NCBI GenBank assembly: GCA_964567825.1
Contig: CAZMNX010000003.1
Coordinates: forward strand, 1 to 56,936
DNA length: 56,936 bases
Origin: an uncultured Candidatus Saccharibacteria bacterium
GTDB taxonomy: Bacteria; Patescibacteriota; Minisyncoccia; Phycocordibacterales; GWA1-40-21
Reading direction: 5' to 3'
How positions within the stretch are numbered: position 1 is the stretch's first letter; each line of letters opens with the position of its first letter. Positions 51,989 through 56,936 of this stretch are shown here, one piece after another. Made by a program: the position numbers and the translations under genes. Below the pieces are notes generated by a model, which was not told the origin of the DNA, ran no database searches, and saw nothing but the letters and a program-made list of their open reading frames with translations.

Positions 51989-54376
51989 ATGAATCAGGAA
52001 ATTGAACGTTTACAAAAATATGTTCGAGCGGCCAACTATCTATCCGTCGGGCAAATCTATTTACAAGATAATTTTTTACTAAAAGATAAATTAACTTTTG
52101 ACCATATCAAGTCGCGCCTGCTCGGTCACTGGGGAACTTGTCCGGGTATTAATTTTGCTTATGCTTGTATCAATAATTTGATTATTAAAACCGGTGCTAA
52201 TATGATGTTTGTGCTTGGTCCAGGCCACGGTTTCCCGGCTATTCAGAGCAACGTTTTTATGGAGGGCACACTTGGCAAATATTATCCTGAGGCCAAGCAA
52301 ACAGCCGATGGTATTGCTTACATTACGAAAAATTTTAGTTGGCCCTACGGTTTTCCCAGCCACTCTTCACCGATGACGCCGGGAGTGATTTTGGAAGGTG
52401 GAGAACTTGGTTATTCGCTGTCGACTTCTTATGGTGCCGTTTTGGACAATCCCGATTTAATTGTTGCTTGTTTGGTGGGTGATGGTGAAAACGAAACTGG
52501 CGCTTCGGCGACCGCTTGGCATTTAAATAAATTTATTGATCCCGCTACCAATGGTGCGGTTCTGCCGATACTTCATTTAAATGGTTATAAGATTTCTGGC
52601 CCGACAATTTTTGGCCGAATGAATAATGCCGATTTGAAATCTTTATTTAAAGGTTATGGTTATGAGCCAATAATTGTCGAGGGTAAGGGTGAAAAAGTCT
52701 ACGAAAAAATGGTTGAGGCTTTGGATGATGCTTACGCTTCAATTCGAGCAATTCAAAAAGAAGCCCGCGAAAATCCTAATCGAAAACTCGATGATTATTT
52801 TCGCTTTCCAATGATTGTCATGAAGACTCCAAAGGGCTGGACTGGGCCAAAATATTTAACTGGACCAAAAATTGAAGGTAGCGGCGATAAAATTGAGGGC
52901 AACGCTCTGTCCCATCAAGTTGTTGGTAAGGAAACTAAAACTGATAAGGATCAGCTTAAAATGGTGGAGAAGTGGCTCAAGTCCTATAAATTTGAAGAGT
53001 TGTTTGATACAGAAAAAGGTTTTTCATCTGACATTTTAGGTAATATACCTGCTGACGGTTTACGAATGGGTGATAATCAGATTGCCTTTGGTATTAAAAA
53101 GGGAGATAAGAGTCGTGATCTAATTTTGCCAGATATTTCTACTTTTGAAACTAAAATAAATTCTGCCGGTGAGGCATCTCAAGGCGCCATGAAAAAAAAT
53201 GGTGAGTATTTGGCCGAGATTGTCCATCTAAATGAAAATAAAAGAAATTTCCGTTTATTTTCTCCGGATGAGACTTATTCTAATCGTTTGCAAGATATGT
53301 TTGCTCATACTACTCGAGCGTTCGTCGGTAAAATTGAGGATTGGGATAAAGATATGTCTCGTGATGGCCGTATCATTGAAATGCTCAGTGAGCAGTCTTT
53401 GCAAGGCCTAGCTCAGGGTTATATTCTAACTGGTCGCTTTGCGATTTTTGCTTCCTACGAAGCTTTTATTCCAATTGTTACTAGTATGGCTGATCAGTAC
53501 AGTAAGTTTTTGAAAATCGCTCGCAAAACCGATTGGCGTGGTGATGTGCCTTCATTTAACTACATTCTTTCTTCAACTGGTTGGCGTCAGGAACACAATG
53601 GTTTTTCTCATCAAAATCCAAGCTTTATGGATGAGTTATTAAATAAAAATCACGATTTTATTAATATTTATTTTCCCGCCGATGCCAATGAGGCTGTTTT
53701 GATTACCGAAAAATGTTTAGCCTCTAAAAATCAAATAAACGTGATGGTGGTAGAAAAAACGCCAGAACCAGTTTGGCTGACTTTGGCTGAGGCTCAAAAA
53801 GAAGTGGCCGATGGCTTATCAATTTGGAATTTTGCTAGTGACGAAAACCCCGATGTCGTTTTTGGTGCGGCTGGGCAGTATCTAGTCAAAGAAGCTTTGG
53901 CCGCCATTTCCTTAATTAAAAAAGAGGCGCCGGAAGTTAAGGTTCGTTTTGTTAACGTTGTTGAAATTTCACCGAATACTATTGGTAATGATACTAGAAT
54001 TTCTGAGTTAGATTTCGAAAAATATTTCACCAAGGATAAACCAGCCATTTTTAACTTCCACGGCTATCCAGATACCTTAGAAAAAACATTATTCTGTTTT
54101 GTTAACGCCCTTGATCGACTATCAATTCACGGCTATATGGAAAGCGGCTCAACCACCACACCACTCGACCTACATATTAGAAATAAGACTGATCGCTATA
54201 ATTTATTTATCGAGGCGATAGAAAAAGTGGCTAAAAATGGAGTTATTGACGCCGAAAAAGCTAAAAGATTAGTTGGTATTTATCAAAATAAAATAAAAGA
54301 ACATAAGGATTATATTATGAAGGTCGGGGACGATCCAGAGGAAATTTTAAACTGGAAATGGGAATCAGCTAAATAA
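51989..54376 (+). CDS. xfp: xylulose-5-phosphate/fructose-6-phosphate phosphoketolase
   Basis: 795 aa with GHWGTCPG, GPGHG and EGGELGYS. Confidence 0.93.
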   Translation: MNQEIERLQKYVRAANYLSVGQIYLQDNFLLKDKLTFDHIKSRLLGHWGTCPGINFAYACINNLIIKTGANMMFVLGPGHGFPAIQSNVFMEGTLGKYYPEAKQTADGIAYITKNFSWPYGFPSHSSPMTPGVILEGGELGYSLSTSYGAVLDNPDLIVACLVGDGENETGASATAWHLNKFIDPATNGAVLPILHLNGYKISGPTIFGRMNNADLKSLFKGYGYEPIIVEGKGEKVYEKMVEALDDAYASIRAIQKEARENPNRKLDDYFRFPMIVMKTPKGWTGPKYLTGPKIEGSGDKIEGNALSHQVVGKETKTDKDQLKMVEKWLKSYKFEELFDTEKGFSSDILGNIPADGLRMGDNQIAFGIKKGDKSRDLILPDISTFETKINSAGEASQGAMKKNGEYLAEIVHLNENKRNFRLFSPDETYSNRLQDMFAHTTRAFVGKIEDWDKDMSRDGRIIEMLSEQSLQGLAQGYILTGRFAIFASYEAFIPIVTSMADQYSKFLKIARKTDWRGDVPSFNYILSSTGWRQEHNGFSHQNPSFMDELLNKNHDFINIYFPADANEAVLITEKCLASKNQINVMVVEKTPEPVWLTLAEAQKEVADGLSIWNFASDENPDVVFGAAGQYLVKEALAAISLIKKEAPEVKVRFVNVVEISPNTIGNDTRISELDFEKYFTKDKPAIFNFHGYPDTLEKTLFCFVNALDRLSIHGYMESGSTTTPLDLHIRNKTDRYNLFIEAIEKVAKNGVIDAEKAKRLVGIYQNKIKEHKDYIMKVGDDPEEILNWKWESAK

Positions 54377-54395
54377 AATTTAAATTAAAATTAAA

Positions 54396-55583
54396 ATGAG
54401 CCAGAAATTTTTAGTTGTAAATAGCGGCAGTGCTTCGCATAAACACGCTTTGTATCAGGATGATGAGTGTCAGTATTTTATTCATTTCGAAATGATTGGT
54501 GCTGATTATGTTGCTCATGAGAAAATTGCTAATCAAACTCGCGATCTAGATATTTCTGAAAAGATATTTACTAAATCGATTGAGTATACCATTGCTCGAT
54601 TATTAGAAAATAAAATTATTGCTGATAAAAAAGATTTGGCGGCGATTGGTATTCGCGTGGTGGCACCCGGAACTTTTTTTCAGGAACATCGCCTGATTGA
54701 TAAGGAGTATGAAAAGAAATTAAAACAGGATTTACGCGAATCACCCTTGCATATTAAATCTGTTTTACTGGAATTAAAATTTATAAAAAAAGTTTTGTCT
54801 AAGGTGCCCATTGTGGGAATTTCTGATTCCGCCTTTCACAAAACTATGCCTGATTTGGCCCGATATTATGCTATTCCGGTTGAAACTAGCCGAAAGTACG
54901 GTATTTATAAGTATGGCTATCATGGTCTCTCAATACAATCAGTTGTGGGTCGCTTAAAGGCTCGTTATGGCCAGTTGCCCCCTAAGGTGGTCGTTTGTCA
55001 TTTAGGCGGGGGAGCCAGCGTTACGGCCGTTTTAAATGGTCAAAGCTTAGATAATTCCATGGGTTTTACTCCGACTGATGGCCTAGTGATGGCAAGTCGA
55101 GTTGGTAATGTTGACCCAGGTGCCGTGGTTTATTTAAGCGAAAAATTGGGCAAAAGAGACGGTAAAATGATGGATTATTTTAATAAAGAATGTGGTTTAC
55201 TTGGCCTCAGCAATGGTAAGAGCGACGATATTCGTGAGCTATTGAAAAATGAGCAGGCGGGGGATGCTGATTCAAAACTAGCTTTGGATGTGTATGCTTA
55301 TCGCGTCAAAAAATATATCGCTCAGGCGGTGGGTGCCCTTGGCGGAATTGATGCTTTGGTTTTTGCTGGCACAGTTGGCGAGCGTTCCATGCCGATGCGC
55401 AAAAGAATCTGCCATAATATGGAATTTTTTGGTTTGAAACTAAATGATGAATTGAATGATAAAACTGATGCCATTGAGGCCGAAATAAATACTCCTGATT
55501 CCAGGACTAAAATTACTATTATTAAGACAGACGAGATGGGGGAGATTGCCAGGGAAACGGTTAAAGTCGTTTCTTCAAACTAG
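54396..55583 (+). CDS. ackA: acetate kinase
   Basis: LVVNSGSASHKH, YGYHGLS and GGIDALVFAGTVGE. Confidence 0.93.
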   Translation: MSQKFLVVNSGSASHKHALYQDDECQYFIHFEMIGADYVAHEKIANQTRDLDISEKIFTKSIEYTIARLLENKIIADKKDLAAIGIRVVAPGTFFQEHRLIDKEYEKKLKQDLRESPLHIKSVLLELKFIKKVLSKVPIVGISDSAFHKTMPDLARYYAIPVETSRKYGIYKYGYHGLSIQSVVGRLKARYGQLPPKVVVCHLGGGASVTAVLNGQSLDNSMGFTPTDGLVMASRVGNVDPGAVVYLSEKLGKRDGKMMDYFNKECGLLGLSNGKSDDIRELLKNEQAGDADSKLALDVYAYRVKKYIAQAVGALGGIDALVFAGTVGERSMPMRKRICHNMEFFGLKLNDELNDKTDAIEAEINTPDSRTKITIIKTDEMGEIARETVKVVSSN

Positions 55584-55860
55584 CTTCGATTTCATCGATT
55601 TGGTGATCACTGAAATTGTGCTTGCTCTTGTTTTCGCGCATCCATTTTACTCGAGCGTCAATTTCGCTTTCTTCTAGGCCACGAGGGTGGCTCTCGGTTT
55701 CATACTCATCGTGCATATCACCAGAAAAAATCTCTTCAACGCGATCGCGTTGCCTTTTATTCATTCCTTCATTCATCAAATCACTGCGAACTTTTTTGAA
55801 TTCTTTGTCCGTGACCCGTGGCTTACTCGAACCGCCAAATAGTATTTGATATAGTCCCAT
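55561..55860 (-). CDS. small charged hypothetical protein
   Basis: 99-aa ORF with a backbone-style TGCTATAAT 6 nt upstream of its ATG. It overlaps the ackA 3' end by 23 nt (convergent). Confidence 0.5.
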   Translation of the reverse strand: MGLYQILFGGSSKPRVTDKEFKKVRSDLMNEGMNKRQRDRVEEIFSGDMHDEYETESHPRGLEESEIDARVKWMRENKSKHNFSDHQIDEIEASLKKRL

Positions 55861-55866
55861 CTCAAT

Positions 55867-55875
55867 ATTATAGCA
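55867..55875 (-). promoter_or_regulatory. extended -10 TGCTATAAT, 6 nt before ATG (leaderless-type)
   Basis: The reverse strand reads TGCTATAAT, attgag, then ATG (55860). Confidence 0.5.
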
Positions 55876-55891
55876 TAAAAACTTTCTTTAT

Positions 55892-55899
55892 TGTATAAT
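55892..55899 (+). promoter_or_regulatory. -10 box TGTATAAT, 9 nt before ATG (leaderless-type)
   Basis: TATAAT at 55894-55899, tattgttat, then the ATG at 55909. Confidence 0.4.
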
Positions 55900-55908
55900 T
55901 ATTGTTAT

Positions 55909-56775
55909 ATGAAAAGAAGTAGCACGGTTTTGTTTGTGGTTTACTTGGCATTATCTCTAGTTTTTCTAGAGGGCGTGAACTTCCTTAAAGATACTCCTCA
56001 ATTAAGCCAACTAAAAGGCTTTGCTATTCCTGCAATTTCTATTTTTATAATTCTCTCAATTTTAATTTTGTTTATTTATCGGGAAATTGAAAATATTAAA
56101 ATTCAAAATCAATTCATCACAATCGTAACTCATAAGTTTCGAACCCCTTTAACTGGTATTCGCTGGACGATTGATATGTTACAAAAGGATTTAACCTTAT
56201 TGGAAAAAAAGGATTTATTAATGGAAATGCAAAAAGCCAACGAACGTTTAATGGAAATTGTGGATCTTTTGGTTGGTTTCGCCCGATTTGATAAAAAATT
56301 ATCTTATGCCTTTGGTGCCGTTTCCTTACGAGAAATAGTTGATACTTCGTTATCAAAATATTCGGCCATGGCTAAGACTAAAGAAATTCAGTTGCAGATC
56401 AATTCTGATCGCGAGCTACCAATGGTGGTTACCGACAAAGCCAAAATCCAATTTGTGGTGGATATGTTGCTTGATAATGCGATTAAATATACCCCAGCCC
56501 GTGGTGGCGTGACTATTTCTTTTTCTGCTGAAGCTAAATCAATTACTTTAAAAGTCACTGATACCGGTATGGGTATGAGCTATTTTGATAGTAAAAAAGT
56601 TTTTCAGCATTTTTTCCGTTCGGCGCATGCCAAATTAATGGATACTGAAGGTTTGGGTTTGGGTTTATACACCGCTCGCAATATTGTGCTTCATCATGGA
56701 GGAAAGCTGTGGGCGACGTCGCAAGGCTTAAATAAGGGTTCAACCTTTTATTTACAGCTGCCAATTAAGAGATAA
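55909..56775 (+). CDS. membrane sensor histidine kinase
   Basis: Two TM segments, H-box THKFRTPLTGI, and HATPase N/G boxes (LLDNAIKYT, DTGMGM, GLGLGLY). I prefer the ATG at 55909 over TTG 55891. Confidence 0.85.
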   Translation: MKRSSTVLFVVYLALSLVFLEGVNFLKDTPQLSQLKGFAIPAISIFIILSILILFIYREIENIKIQNQFITIVTHKFRTPLTGIRWTIDMLQKDLTLLEKKDLLMEMQKANERLMEIVDLLVGFARFDKKLSYAFGAVSLREIVDTSLSKYSAMAKTKEIQLQINSDRELPMVVTDKAKIQFVVDMLLDNAIKYTPARGGVTISFSAEAKSITLKVTDTGMGMSYFDSKKVFQHFFRSAHAKLMDTEGLGLGLYTARNIVLHHGGKLWATSQGLNKGSTFYLQLPIKR

Positions 56776-56862
56776 AAAGCGTGATAGTAAATAGTCTTTA
56801 TTTTTTAAAGTTTTTCTGCTATCATATTTGAGTAGCTTTTTTCAAAGCTATATCTGTATTAT

Positions 56863-56936
56863 TCCGGTGTGGCGCAGTGGTAGCGCAGTCGCCTGTTAAG
56901 CGATTGGTCGTTGGTTCGAATCCAACCGCCGGAGCC
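56863..56936 (+). tRNA. tRNA-Asn (anticodon GTT), reaching the window end
   Basis: Hand-folded cloverleaf: acceptor TCCGGTG/CGCCGGA, D arm GCGC-agtggta-GCGC, anticodon arm GTCGC-CTGTTAA-GCGAT, T arm GTTGG-TTCGAAT-CCAAC, discriminator G, then CC. Confidence 0.9.

Noticed and set aside
1-56936. Alternative genetic code (UGA recoding, as in some CPR lineages), CRISPR arrays and rRNA genes.
   Set aside because: Very long ORFs (up to 2891 aa) are intact under the standard code, and several genes end in TGA (for example apbE at 2135-2137). I saw no repeat-spacer arrays and no rRNA-like sequence.

Overview
Low-GC bacterial chromosome segment. Hand counts on sample 60-nt lines give about 37% GC. It is densely packed with housekeeping genes read in the standard genetic code. 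The gene content and style suggest a Patescibacteria/CPR-like organism, which is inference only. Supporting traits are a ThrRS without a TGS domain, an RRM-type RNA-binding protein, a type IV pilin, an LCAT-like surface lipase, phosphoketolase plus acetate kinase, almost no Shine-Dalgarno sequences and many apparently leaderless genes. Recognisable genes in order: thrS (partial, T-box controlled), FMN-binding protein/ApbE/RnfD-FNR fusion, pyrimidine-dimer glycosylase, dgkA, SPFH protein, MazF-like toxin, dnaE, two SAM methyltransferases, pilin, PIF1-like helicase, DUF2914-like membrane protein, LCAT-like lipase, csp, rpoB-rpoC-dnaG-rpoD, PMM-like HAD hydrolase, a 2891-aa cyclic beta-1,2-glucan synthase, cupin-type PGI, UvrD-like helicase with Cas4-like nuclease, uppP, DEDD-like exonuclease, hisS, truB, RRM protein, typA, a heptad-repeat protein, xfp, ackA, a histidine kinase and tRNA-Asn(GTT). 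The main anomaly is six short high-GC islands (sample lines 57-62% GC) sitting in intergenic gaps between core genes. Each carries one or two small orphan genes, mostly membrane or secreted, and is closed by a GC-rich intrinsic terminator. Most also have a sigma70-like promoter (weak for islands 3 and 6) and a long leader, usually with a recognisable Shine-Dalgarno (weak or absent in islands 3 and 5). This expression style differs from the backbone. A second anomaly is a roughly 60-75 nt palindromic element present in-frame in both dnaE and truB, with compensatory arm changes, resembling Rickettsia palindromic elements. Further observations are a 23x heptad (21-bp) repeat protein, over-represented TTATCCACA (DnaA-box) motifs, and pervasive TGnTATAAT boxes 6-10 nt upstream of start codons. 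I recognised no rRNA, CRISPR array, transposase or integrase.
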